The translations under genes and the position numbers were made by a program. The notes below the pieces were generated by a model that did no database searches, was not told the DNA's origin, and was given only the letters and a program-made list of their open reading frames with translations. 64,000 bases of DNA from Ministeria vibrans ATCC 50519 (lineage: Eukaryota; Protista; Filasterea), in NCBI GenBank assembly GCA_943704425.1, contig CALSCP010000257.1, positions 13,403-77,402 of the forward strand. Reading direction: 5' to 3'. Shown one piece after another: positions 22,501 through 35,158 of this stretch (its first letter is position 1; the number at the start of each line of letters is the position of its first letter).

Positions 22501-24086
22501 CCGCCGCGTGGACCGGCCTGGGCACGCTTTACCTGAGCAACGGCTATATCCAATTGGCGCACCTTGCTTACCAGCGAGCCCAGGCTGCCGACCCGTCACA
22601 CGCCAGCGCTTGGGCCGGCCAGGCTCTTGTAGCCGAATCTCTTGTGCCCGATCAGGCACTGGGCCTGCATCGTCACGCGGCGGAGCTTGATGCGCACCCG
22701 GAGGCAGACTTTCGCTTTGCGCTGCATCATTTGCGTGCGTGTGGCACCACTACTGCCCCCAGCGTGACCGTGTCCGATTCGCAACTGGCAAATGCGCGTG
22801 CACTTGAAGCGGCCGAACGATGTTGTCAGCGTAACCCACGCGACGCTGATGCACACAATGTCTACGCATTGCTGTTGGAACGTGCCGGACTGCGTCGTCT
22901 CGCGTGTGAGCACGCCGCTCGTACTGTTGCTCTGCTTGCCGCTGCCTCCGCAACGACAACCACAGCCAAACTAACTGCGGCGCGCGCCAACCATGCGCGA
23001 TTGCTTGCCTCGGTGCAACACCACGCGGAGTCGCTGTCACTCTTTGAGGCGTGCGCATCGGAGCTGTCGGTTGATGCTGAAGCAGTGGCCAACTATGCGC
23101 GAACACTAGCCGCTGCGGGTCGACCCAAGGAGGCTTACGAGCGATATGCAGCTCTCTTGGCTGCAGTCGAGTCTACATCGAGTAGCTCCACTCTGCGTCG
23201 CATCGCCGACCTCAAAGTGGCACTTGCGGTGTGTGCAGCACGCTGCGACAATCACACGGTGGCACGCCAGCTGCTTCTGGAGGCAGCTCAGGTGTGCGCA
23301 GGGCACCAACAGGCATTGTTGACGCTCTGTGCACTCTCACTGATTCACAGCGATGGGCAAACGGCCGTGAGTGCGCTCGGTGAGCTGTTGCGTGCGAACA
23401 CTCGCGAACGCTCCTTCGAAGGCGACACGGACGTTGCCGTGATTTTTGGTGCGCTGTTCACATTGCAAAAGCACACAGGCAAGGCACGGAATCATTTGTT
23501 GCGCCTGGTGCACGCCTATCCACACATGGCACGCAGCTGGCAGTTGGTGGCGGGCTTTTTGGTAACACGTGGTACAACTGGCACGGCCACCAGTTTGTTG
23601 TGTGCGCGCACGGCACAGGCTGTGCGACGAGCGCGCGTGAGAGTCTTTGACGATATTGCCGGCGCGACAGGCGGTGTCTGTCCCCAGCCTGACTCACTAT
23701 TGGCACTCACTCTCCAGTGCAGCACGGCGCGCGTTGTGTCGCCGGTGGCACAGCGACGACAGGCGGCTCGCAGTGTCTTTATGCATCCCACAGACCCACT
23801 TGCCTGGCAGTGTCTTGCGGCAGCCGTGCGTCAAGACACCAAACTGTTGTCGGCGCCCGAGTCATGTGCACGCGTGTGTGCCACCACCATGCTATTGTTG
23901 AACAAGCGAGACACTGCGGTGGCCTGGAGCGAGCGTTTGAAAGCAGAGTGTCACGTTGCTGCTATTGAAGTTGATCCCAAGCGACCAGTGTCCGCTGAGA
24001 AGGCGAGTGAAGCTGACGCGGCCATTCAACGCGTATTGGCACACGCCGACCAACAACAACAACAACAACTACAACAACAAAAACAG

Positions 24087-24118
<32 letters not shown>

Positions 24119-24728
24119 GTATGACCCACAAGAACAGGTGATTGGGTTGTGGTTGCATGGGCGTCTGGCATTGCAGTTGGGACAGACAGCGGCTGCACTG
24201 ACGTCGCTCAAGCGTGGTCTTCAGCTGGCGCTTTTGAGATCTCCCGCCCTTGCTGACCGTTTGTGGGCTCTACTTGCGAGTGTATATGAGTTACTGGGGC
24301 TCCAGCGTGCCTCACAGCTGTGCCAGAGTGTACCGGCTGGTGGTACTGTCGTGGCGACGTTGAGGTGTGCTTTGGGAGCGTTGCGTCGCGGGGACACAAG
24401 CGAAGCGGTTAAGCAGGCGGGAAGGGTGATTGCGACAACGGAGTCTGGTAGTGAGACGCAGACGGCGGCGCACACGCTCATCGCGCTTGCGAGTGCTGTC
24501 ACGAGCGAGACACGATCACTGCGGCGCAGCGCGCAAGCAGTATTGGCAAACGGTCACGATACGTCTCCTGTGAGCGCCTCACTCGTGCTCTGCGCTCAAC
24601 TGAGTGCCAGTGCGGCCAAGCAGGACACGGACACTCTCTTGGCCACGGCCGACCAACTTCAAGCGCTTGCTCGTCGTCACACTGTCACGCCACACACCGC
24701 GGCTCTTCTGGCGCAGTGTGCACAATAG
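19597..24728 (+). CDS. TTC37: Superkiller complex TPR protein SKI3
   Basis: Exons 19597-19703, 19767-19833, 19911-24728. The spliced N-terminus MSKKAAIKAARDALRAKEY..RNYNALVFGG..LAWQGL matches the SKI3/TTC37 N-terminus. Many TPRs, including AQHCFLRAIQLD..AAWTGLGTLYL. Confidence 0.9.
24052..24120 (+). repeat. Coding (CAA/CAG)n polyglutamine tract in SKI3
   Basis: CAA then CAG codon runs encoding about 20 Gln. Confidence 0.9.
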
Positions 24729-24943
24729 ACACTTTGATTGTTTTTTAAAGTAATACTATGGTATTGACAATTGCTTTTGTTGATTCTTCATTTCTTTTGG
24801 TTGCGTTTGTCTCCGTTGAAAAACAAAGAGATTGAGAAGAGAAAGGGAGTGTGAGAAGAAAAAAGAGGGAGAAAGAAACAAGGTGATGGAGGAAGGAGAA
24901 AACAAGTATAGAGGGGGTGTGTGTGAGAGGGAGAGCGAGCGCT

Positions 24944-26913
24944 CTAAATTCGGGGCACTGGTTTTCCCAAATTCATGTTCTTGCTCCCGCGGATTTGCAG
25001 TTCGTGCGTTGTGTAGTAGAGCAGCATTTCCATAACTGACTCGAATGGTCGACTGCGTGCCCCCAAAATGTACCGGTCATTTTCATACTTGATTTTCATG
25101 TGGTTCAGCTCTTGCTCGTTCCTGCACAACCACACAAGAAAATGGTACACGATGTCAAAAAGAGGACAACGGAGATGCAATGGTAGATTACTTGAAGGAG
25201 AGAGTGAAAGAGTCGCCAGACTCGCGCACGAGGTAGGCGCCGTGCTCGCGCGACCGCAGGATGGCCTCGGCACCCTGGCGGTCCAGCCGCCCGTGGAACC
25301 ACTCTTGACGTTCCAGTGCTCGTCGGTGAACATCCACAGGCTGAGAGAGAGAGTGTTTGAGAGTTTGAGAGTTTGAGAGAGAGAGTTTGAGAGTTTGAGA
25401 GTTTGAGAGAGAGAGTTTGAGAGTTTGAGAGTTTGAGAGAGAGAGTTTGAGAGTTTGAGAGTTTGAGAGTTTGAGAGAGAGAGAGAAGGGAGGGAGAGAA
25501 GGGAGGGAGATGGAAAGAAAAAAATAGAAGTAGTCTATAAATTAAACTGGTCGCATACCATGGCGGAGACAACAGGATGGGCGAAATTCTCGGCGGGCGG
25601 GACGACCTCGTTGTAAGCGTGTTTTTTAGTAGGAGGGGCGGCGGCGGCCACTGCAGCGGCCGTGGCGGCGGCCGTGACGGGAGGCGGGCGCTTGGACTCG
25701 GCGACGTGGGCGGCGGCATTGGAAGGCATGGGGGTCTTTTTGGGAGGCGCCTGATCGCCAGCACCACCACCACCACCACTACCTCCCCCACCTTTGATTT
25801 GTGAAGGAGGCGGTGTTGTAGACTGTTGTGACTGGTGAGGCGCAGCACGAGACTGCTGCTGTTGCTGCGCTGCCTCTTGCTCGGGCCAAGGGTCTTCGTA
25901 GCCCTGACCATCTGCATCATCACTTGCGTCCTGAGGCGCCACGTACGTCGTTGCAGCCGCACCTTCCGAATGCCGCTGCGGTCTTGGCATACCGCCTTCC
26001 CAAGGATCACTGGGAAACCACAGAAGCACAGTCGACGTCAACAATGGCCGACAAGGAAAAAATGGTATTTTTTTTTACCTGTAACCAAGCCGTTGGTTTC
26101 GGGCAACTGTCCCAACGGTCGAAGGAGCGCCCACGGACATGCCTGCAACATTTAGACCACTGGCCGACACGTCGTCCTCTTCGAGTTCGACACCAGGGTC
26201 ACTCCATGCCGGTTCGTAGTCGCCTTCGGATACAAAGTGGGCGAACGTGTGAGAAAAAAAAACCCCCTTCGCACATATAGACGATTGCTTTACCTGGCAC
26301 TGGCGCTGGCTCGTCCGCTTTGGGTTTGTCTTCGGGCCAAGGATCCTCATAGCCTGTGTGGCAGTGAGTAAGAGAGAAAAAAATCAGATTGATCGAGTGC
26401 GTATGTATGTTGCATGAGTGTGTGTTTGCACATGTTTGCATACAGTGTGTGTATGACTGCATGCATTATGTGCATTGTGTGTGTGTGTGTGTGTGTGTGC
26501 CTTGCACACAAACGACGTACCATCAGGAGAGGCCTGGGGAGCACCCGGCGGATTCGGCTTGGGCGTCTCGCCAAACGGGTAGGTGTAGCCCTCCTTGTCC
26601 AATGTCTTGTCTCCAGACTGACCGCGCGCGGCGCGCATCCGCTCGTCGCGCTCCTGCTGCGCCATGGCTGCCGCACTGTCGGGAATCTCCAAATCAGGGT
26701 CCACATAGTCGGGTCCTGCACAGAAAAGAGAGAGAAAGAGAGCGACGGAGGAGAAAAAAAAGTATTATCAAACGCTGCGGGAAACAATAACAGGAAGAAT
26801 CGAGAATATTGGACAAGGGTGCGGAAACCACAAGAACGTAGAGAGAGCGAGTGCAAGAAAGGGAGAATCGGCCACCAAAGACAAGTGGAAAACGCCAATT
26901 TCGAGAATGAGGT

Positions 26914-26950
<37 letters not shown>

Positions 26951-27481
26951 AANNNNNNNNNNNNNNNNNNNNNNNNNNNNNNNNNNNNNNNNNNNNNNNN
27001 NNNNNNNNNNNNNNNNNNNNNNNNNNNNNNNNNNNNNNNNNNNNNNNNNNNNNNNNNNNNNNNNNNNNNNNNNNNNNNNNNNNNNNNNNNNNNNNNNNNN
27101 NNNNNNNNNNNNNNNNNNNNNNNNNNNNNNNNNNNNNNNNNNNNNNNNNNNNNNNNNNNNNNNNNNNNNNNNNNNNNNNNNNNNNNNNNNNNNNNNNNNN
27201 NNNNNNNNNNNNNNNNNNNNNNNNNNNNNNNNNNNNNNNNNNNNNNNNNNNNNNNNNNNNNNNNNNNNNNNNNNNNNNNNNNNNNNNNNNNNNNNNNNNN
27301 NNNNNNNNNNNNNNNNNNNNNNGGGGGTGGAGGGGGGACGACGGACGGACGGGGACGCAAGGGCGGGCAGGTGAGGGGAAAGCGACATGGGCGTTATATT
27401 TATTACATCATTCCCATCGAAATCCCGCACCGGGGGCGTCGGGCCACTCGTCGATTTCCTTTTCTTTCCAAAGAATCCCAT
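24944..27481 (-). CDS. SHB/SHD/SHE/SHF-family SH2 adaptor protein (spans assembly gap)
   Basis: Exons approx. 27481-27407, [gap], 26715-26521, 26353-26294, 26223-26079, 26009-25559, 25340-25192, 25121-24944. C-terminal SH2 reads LERQEWFHGRLDRQGAEAIL..YLVRES..HMKIKYENDRYILGARSRPFESVMEMLLYYTTHELQIRG. Upstream Y-x-D-P-W repeats; N-terminal basic PxPP motif. Confidence 0.85.
25343..25484. repeat. Intronic hierarchical minisatellite: (GAGAGTTT)n within a ~28-bp higher-order unit
   Basis: Repeated gagagagtttgagagtttgagagtttga blocks, about 4-5 copies. Confidence 0.9.
26953..27321. other. Assembly gap (369 N)
   Basis: Run of n flanked by poly-A and poly-G. Confidence 1.
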
Positions 27482-27905
27482 GCTGAAAAATGAGGGGAAA
27501 AAAGTTGAAAATGAAAAATAAAAGTTATTCATAATTCAAGTACCCATCCATTACGCCCGCACTCACATCATCCCCAACAAGGACAAATGGAATGAGATTT
27601 TAGAAGACATATCACATATGTATGATGTAATCAGTAATATTTTATTTTTTATTGTGCTGCTCTATGTTTCACACAGTTTTCTTGTATCTCTTCTCTTGTG
27701 TTGACATTCAGTTATTTTCATTCTCTATTTATTTTCTTCTTCTTCTTTTTATTTTCTGGTTTCACACAGTTTAGGCATTTATCGGAGTGAATGAGCCATC
27801 AATAAGAATGACACGCAATGGTAGACTTACTGGTAGTTGTGCTGATCGATATTCACTGTTATACCGAGGAGACCGGGAAGGGGGGGTTATGTACAAGGTA
27901 GTTAT

Positions 27906-30224
27906 TTACAAGAGGGTAACAACAGGCTTGGCGTTGGCTGAGGCAGCTGCAGAGGGCTGAGAGGGGCGCCGTTGACGCTGTTGGAGGGCTGAGAGGAGCT
28001 TTCGGAATGGATTTCGATGGCGTTCTTTTGTGACAGGTTCGCGCACGAGTCGAGCACTACGCGGCACAGGTGAGACGCTGCGTGAGGGTGGCGCACTCGA
28101 ACACTCAGACGAGTTTGGTGAGAGAAACGAATCGTCGGTGCGAGGTGTGCGGGCGTGACTCTTGTTCTTGGAAAGTTGGAAGCGAGTGCGCTTCGCGGTG
28201 CTCCTGCCTAAGACGGGTGAGCCAGAGCGTGACGTGGGCGCAGACGCGGCTTCAACCCTGCGTGGCTCGGCCGTTGGGCTGGTCATGGTGCTTGCGGCTG
28301 GGAGCTCTGTCGTGCTCCTGCTCACTTTGGATTTGCGGGTAGACAGACGAAGGCGCGCAAGAGGATTGCTTCGCTTGGTGGTCTTTAGTAGACCATTAAC
28401 AGGCTCAACAATGACCACGGTGTGACGTCGCTTGCTCACAGGGGACACGTTGCGCGACACGGGCGCACTCTGGCTGGCGGTCACCGCACCATTAGCACAA
28501 TCGTCGTCCTCGTCAACATCAGCACCCTCGTTACGCCGCTGCGCCATGAGCTGATCCAGGGTTGTTGCGCTTGTAATATCATCGCGACGACGCCGACGTG
28601 TCGACAGCCACAAGCGTACTCGCCCGGCAGGACCAGCACTACGATGGCCAGGTGCACGTGGAGCCAGCAGCGAGTCTTCGGCCCACATTGTCGCAGGCGG
28701 CGGTGGCAGTGCAAATTCCTCTGACGGCAGCGCATCGTCGGTCGTGGTGGTCGTAGACAAGAGAAGCGTGGACGGAGCGGATTGGCGACGGATCGCTCGC
28801 TTCGCCTCGTGCGCTCGTTTCTCCAGTATCAGATGGTACACATTGACGTGGTTGTCAAACACGCGCGCACGCAGCGACTCCATCACCTCGACCACCGAAA
28901 ACCCCATGTCCGCCATCTCGTCAATCACCGTCTCATCCACAACATCACTCTCCAGAACGTCATTCATGGACGCCCGCTCGTGGTTGCGTGTCGGCCCACT
29001 GTATCCTACATCAGATGAACATTCAAGATGAGCTTGAAAAAAGGGAAAACGCCCCTCCCTGGCTGCAATCTTCGACTTCCAATTCTTCTACCTTGGCTCA
29101 GCCACGGGTGCAATCGCACTTCGTCCATTGACAGACGATCTTCAGGCTCCTTCTCAAGCATACCATTGAGCAAATCGATACAGTCTAGCATACGGAAAGT
29201 GTGAATTGCTCATCGACTCGAGGGTGTATTGTAACGTATTTTCGGTACCTTCGGTAAGACGCGATTCGGGCAGTTTGGGTCTCTTCACGAGAATTTCATT
29301 GAATATCTCGTCAAGACTCTCACCACTGAAGGGGTAGCAATTCAAAAGAGATGCATACAAAATACACCCAAGACTCCACACGTCAACCTTTCCAAACCAT
29401 GTTTGATACAAACGAGAAAGTTGATGATTAGATAGGGGGGGGAATTAAAGTAAGTTATTGTGCATACCTTTGGGCCGTACGTTGCACCCTTGAGGATCTC
29501 CGGAGAGATATAATGCGGGCTTCCACAGATAGTCTCCATTGAAGAGGTTTGTTCGTCAAACGAAGTCGAGTAGCCGAAATCGATGATTTTTATCGCACTC
29601 AGGGTCTGCACCACGCGCGTGAGAAACACACAGTCGAAATTCTGTCATCGACGAATCAATCGTAAAACTCGCGCTTACCTGGTCCACCAGGATATTCTCT
29701 GGCTTCAAATCTCGATGACTGATGTTACGATTGTGCGCGTAAGCGAGCGCGTCGACCATCTGGCGGAATAATGGGCGAAACCGTCGCTCGCTGAGAGCGC
29801 GTCGTGATATCGTCGAGAAAAGCTCGTCACCTTCGAAATACTCCATGATAAGGTACACCGTTTGCTCACGGGTACGAACCTCGTCCAGTCGGATGATATT
29901 GGGGTGATTTAAGAGCGAGAGGAACGCCTGATGGAGGTGATAAATTGGGTTGAGTTCGGATTTTTTTGACGCGTGACCTGCGTACAATTTCTCTCTTAAG
30001 GTTCTTATCGGCAAAACCGTCGTCTTCTTGACGATGTACAACTTTGATGGCGACCTAGGAAGTTGAGACGAGGAGGACGTCAGTCTCCTTGGGGCTGTAT
30101 CACCGCGTTGCTGTACCTTCGCCTTGGTCAGCTTATGCTTGCCAAGAATGACAACACCGCTGCTCCCCGAGCCTAGCTCTGATACAAGCGTGTAGTCGCA
30201 TAGCTCACCTGCGTGTTCTTCCAT
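27906..30224 (-). CDS. CAMKL-group (AMPK/MARK/SNF1-related) Ser/Thr kinase with UBA-like domain
   Basis: Multi-exon gene. LGSGSSGVV, VAIK, HPNII, HRDLKPEN, DFG, ETICGSPHYISPE, DVWSLG, HPWL, then UBA-like VIDEMADMGF..VYHLI and a Ser/Arg-rich tail. No KA1 domain seen. Confidence 0.88.
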
Positions 30225-30408
30225 GAAACGCACAAAGAAAAAGTGTGTGACTGAACTGAAGTCAAATTATAACGGATAGATAAGACAATCAGGCTCGATC
30301 AGTGAGTCTGACCAGAGTCGAACGGACGGGCTGACTGAGTTAAATGGATTCATTCGAAATGAGAGACTCAGTGAGTCGAAAGAATTTTTTTTGGTACTTT
30401 TAATACAA

Positions 30409-33138
30409 TTAATTGAGATATACAGCGTAGGCAATGTCACACTGATCGAGAGTCGGTGATGCGTAAGTGCAATCGACCAACTCGAGCATCGTGATGCTGA
30501 GACAACGTCCACCTTTCAAGACTTCAATCCGTATAGTAAAGATGGTTGCGAGTGCCTCAATGTAACGAGGGTTCTGCGTGAGCATGCAGAGCGAAGCCGC
30601 AAGGTGCACCGTCGACTCGCCCTGTGGATTGTCCGCACCGAGCGCTCGCACGATCTGGTACAGTTTTTCACAGAGAAATCGATGCTGCGTAAAAACACAG
30701 CGTGACCGACAAGAGTGGGAGAATCGCGTGAAGAATGAAGTCTCCTTGAGCGCATTCTGCACAGAAACAACACATATAAATTAGAATCATCCCTGTCAAA
30801 AAAAAAAGAAAAACAGGAATTACCATGGCAATCGTAACCGTGGGCTTCCAGGAGGATTCAGGCCAATAGGATTGGTGCATTTCAAGAGCACATAAGACGG
30901 CGGGCGGCCAAGAGCGCACAGGAGCAAGACTGTCCTTGTGCTGGGCAAGCCACTCGGGAGAGTAATACGAGTCAGAGCGAGCAAGAGTCGTCGCTTCACT
31001 CGCGCCTCCTTGCGGGGTTGTTTCGGGGGCTACAGTCAATGAGCGCCAAAAGGACCAGAAGGACTGCCACAATGAAGAGACCCAATGGGGCAAATATCGC
31101 TCAACGAACCGCACAGAAAGTCGCGAGAGGAACGGAACAATGGAAAACGAGGGGAAAGAGGAGAAAGATGAATGGACCGACGTGATGTAGTCAAGAGGCA
31201 CAGACTCGGACTTGCCAACCCGCTCGCTTGTCTCGGACTTAAATACTCGCTCGCTCGACTGGGCCTCAGCGCCTCTCTCGCTTACCCTCGGCTCGGCGGT
31301 AGTCCCGCTCCTACTTGGTGTACCTTCCTTTGCATAAAGATTGGCACAGACAAAAGCGCGCATGTCACTCTGCGCAGCGCCCTCATCAAAGAGCGCTCCG
31401 GGTGAAAAGTTGGTCGTTGAGCGTTCAGTGATACATCGCAGTTGGCCACTGCGACAAGACACTTTCAGGCTGGCTCGTCGCCAAGGACTGTTAAAGGCAT
31501 AAATGGCGCGAGTCAGGGTCAACAAAGAAGAACGAGCGGATTCATCTGTGCTTCCGTCGCTATCTGTGGCCATCAAGTCTGTTGGTGACTTGCCGAGTGG
31601 AAGGGGCAGTTCGTCGGGAGTATCGTCAAGGAAGCAATTTGGCGCATCGGCGAAGACTGTGAGGACAATGCGCTCGGCGACACGACGTTCAGCAAGACAT
31701 GAACGAGCGTGCTCGACTAGAGAGGCTGTGGGCAGAGTGTCGAGGGTCGGCATAGACTCGGTACCGACTACCGACAGTAATAGTTGCAAAGCACGGAGAT
31801 GCCATGCCTTCAATAGGTCGCTTGCAAAGTCGCTGTGAATAGAATACTGTTGAATGAGTTGTTCAGGATCGATTGTGGCCAGTGTCTCGAGTGTCAGGTG
31901 ATTGTAGACGAATCGTCGTATGGCTGTCTGGTAGAGCACCTTGAGCAAGGTGGGAAATTCGTGCCTTTGCTCGAGTGAAAGCCGCAAAAAAGACGAGCGG
32001 TCCGCCCACCAGGGCAAGAGGTGAGCACAGTCGGTTGCAATGGGACGCGAAAGGTCAATGGCATGGAGAAGATCAACAAGAAAGCGTTCGGTGATGGCAA
32101 ACAGGGCGTACATGACAAGCGAGTGCGACGAACCCGTGCTGGCATGAATGCGATGGACTTGTTGGCGTCGATGAGCAATTTGGCGTGCCAAATTCCGCTC
32201 CTTTGCTGCAAATGACACAACACCATCCTCACTGTCCTCATTGTCAACGGCTGCCGCACCATCATTACGATTGATTCCTTGTTCCTCCTCCTCCTCCTCA
32301 TCATCATTGTCTCCATCACCATCGGCCGAAAGCCACGCTGCAACTTCACACCCACACGAGGCACAGGTAAGCTCGATTGTTGAGCACAAGTGAGTCGCAA
32401 GCAGACTCGCTCCCGAGTCGGCGTCCACCAATGAGTGCCGCAGCCACAATTGCATCACGTGAGGAGGTACGTGCAATGGGAGAATGTCCATTGCAACCTC
32501 ATGAAAAGCACTGTGAATGCCAGAGCGTCGTACAAGTTCCTCGTGCGTAAGACACACGACGGGTGGTACATGGGAAGTCTCCTCAAAGACTGCCGTCCAC
32601 CAGCGCCGCTGGTTTCTCGCAGCCCACTTCGCCCAGAGGGTGTGGTCAAGAAAGCGGAGCGAATCGACGATAAACGCCCGAAAAGCCACCGGCATCTGCT
32701 CCAACAGCTCGTCCGGCGACCGAAACGGATCAAACACCGACTCGACAAGGTCATGACTGTCCTCTAGCATACGCCCGCGGAGTATGGTGCGCAAGGATGT
32801 CACGTACTCGGCGTGGACCGCACAGCGCTGGACACACGCATCGAAAGTTTCACCATCGCGAAACTCCTGTTCGGCCCAACGATGAAGGATTGCGGGCATC
32901 TGCTCGGAAAAAACGTTGCGAGCAAGCAAGTGGAGTTGTGGGAGAAGTCGGTGCAGCGCCAGAAGCTCGTCGAGGCTCTTGTCGATGCGAAAAAAGTCGG
33001 GATCCTTAAAGAGACGGCGCAACGCGGCATCGTGAGCGTGAACCACAAGACGGGCGCGAAGTGCCTCAGAGCAGTTCGCAAACAACTGGCCTGTAAAAGG
33101 AAGAGCTCCAGTTGCAATGCTCGTCGCGGTTAAAGCAG

Positions 33139-33182
<44 letters not shown>

Positions 33183-34672
33183 GACTTTGTCGTCGTGGCG
33201 GCCGTGAGGTAGTGTCGAATGCGAGAGAGAGGGAGTTTGTCGACGTGAGCGCATGCAATGCTGTGCAGGTCCACTTTGAAGTCATACGTGTCGGGGAGAA
33301 GTTCACTTTCGTCGGGCATGCTTGTTCGGGCAAGCAGGCGCTCACTGCACGAGAAAGATTCAAAGATCTCGCTGTAGTCATTGCGAGGCGAGACGCTCAC
33401 GGGATCTTCTGCTGTCGATAGGGCATTTATCAAAAGTGAAGGATGACGGCGGCGGTGATGGTGGCGACTGCTACTGCGAGCATGTCCACCGCGTCGAGCA
33501 GAGACGCGCACTGGAGCTGGTAAAGCAGAGTGTGTCACTTGTACATCTGGACAAGCAGCGCCATTGCCGCCGCCGCCACTGCCACTGCGATTGTTGACGT
33601 CGTCGTCGTTGCCATGATTGTCATCATCACTGTCACCGCCATGCAACGAGTCGTTTTCGTTGTTAGAGGTGCCGTCGAGAAAGCCCGTGACGTGCTCTGG
33701 AGGACGATGCATCGAGAGCTGCGTGGCAATATAATCACGATCGGCAATGGCCAAAGCAAGTTGGTGAAGCAGCATAATGTCGTTAGTGTGACTCGACATG
33801 ATGTACCATCGCTCCAAGGTCACTTTCCGTCTATCTGAAGAGACGTGCGCGGGGAGTTTGGACACGTCTGCGCCGACGAGGTGTAGCGCATCCTGGAGCT
33901 TCTTGTAGCGACGATAGTGGTACTCAACGATACAGTCGCCGCCAAGTATCGCTTGGCATCCACTGCATCCATGGCAAACAGGGTAGTCTAAAGGTACGAG
34001 AGCGTCGTAGCAGTGGCGGCACACTCGGTCGTCGAGGAGCGATTTGAACACCCGCTGGTCAACAACGGGAGTGGTAGTAGGCAGCAAGTGGAGTTCGCGT
34101 TGATCGTCGGCAGAGAGGGGTGCAACGAGACGGCGGGCGGCGTAGCGAAATGCAAATTGGGCAACGTCGCGCCAGACACGGCATGTGGCGCTGCAGCGAC
34201 TGAGGCTGCGTGCGTCCAACAGTCCAAATATGAGCAAGAGAATGTCGGTGGTGAACAGCGCCGAGTGCGGTCGCTGCTGCTGCTGCTGCTGCTGGTGTTG
34301 TTGTTGGCTTTGTCGCTGTTGCTGCGTCGTATCTAGTTGGCGACGTGCCTCTGCATCGAAGTCGTGTGTGAGAGCGGGCACAAACTCCAAACTTGTCTTT
34401 TTCGCGTCCGCTCGGCCTGGCTGCTGCTGTCGCTGTGAGGGCGACGCCTTGAAGATAAACGTACGAGGACCGCTGTCATTGGCGTCGTCATCGGTGTGGT
34501 CGCCGCCGAGTCGAGGGAGGGTGAAGCAGCTTGAGCTTGACGGTCGAAAGGCAGGCGGTGCTGGAGCATCCCCGACCGCCTTCACCGTTGCTATGGGGTG
34601 ACGCCGATCTGACGACGAGCGTCCTGCACGAGAAGTACTCTTGCCGTCCTGAGGAAAACCCTTGCGTTTCAT
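30409..34672 (-). CDS. Large F-box domain protein of unknown function
   Basis: Exons about 34672-30824 and 30756-30409 (donor gtaatt, acceptor tgtgcag). F-box LFTTDILLLIFGLLDARSLSRCSATCRVWRDVA. Cys cluster CRHC..CHGCSGC; poly-Gln, poly-Thr and acidic tracts. Confidence 0.75.
33138..33183. repeat. Coding (GTT/ACA)n repeat, poly-Thr in the F-box protein
   Basis: About 15 perfect GTT units. Confidence 0.95.
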
Positions 34673-34847
34673 AGATCGAGAATATACAAGTAAGTATGTC
34701 AAAAAAACTCGTCGTAATTAACAAGTTCAATCGTCAGTTCACAATGAATAATAAATAATCATATTATTTTGTATTCGGTGCTCACGTTATCTGTACAGCA
34801 CCAGTTCAAGCCGCAAAACATTACCAATCGTTCGAGAAGCGAGAACC
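34673..34847. promoter_or_regulatory. Putative bidirectional promoter region, F-box/GCN1
   Basis: 175 bp between divergent predicted ATGs. Confidence 0.5.
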
Positions 34848-35125
34848 ATGGAGTCGTAAGAAATAGAAATCAGAAAAGAAAACGACCCTCTTTCTCCAAA
34901 TCTTGTGTGGTGCATTTGAACGGCCTACTACGTACAATGTCTACCACCGCCATTCCTGTTTTCTACCTTTTTTCGTGTCGATTTTGACAGTTGTTGGAAA
35001 AAAAACATTGATGAAAAAAGAACCATTGTATTGATATACAAGAGAGATTGTTGTTTATCGCACACGCTTTTGGGGGGCTCTTGCTCTCTGATACGCGGCG
35101 GTTGCGGCGGGGCCGACTGGAAGGC

Positions 35126-35158
<33 letters not shown>

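Noticed and set aside
25343-25484. Regular repeat resembling a CRISPR array
   Set aside because: No unique spacers and no cas genes; it is a eukaryotic intronic minisatellite.
26347-27532. Long ORFs containing X runs
   Set aside because: Artefacts of translating through the N gap and poly-A.
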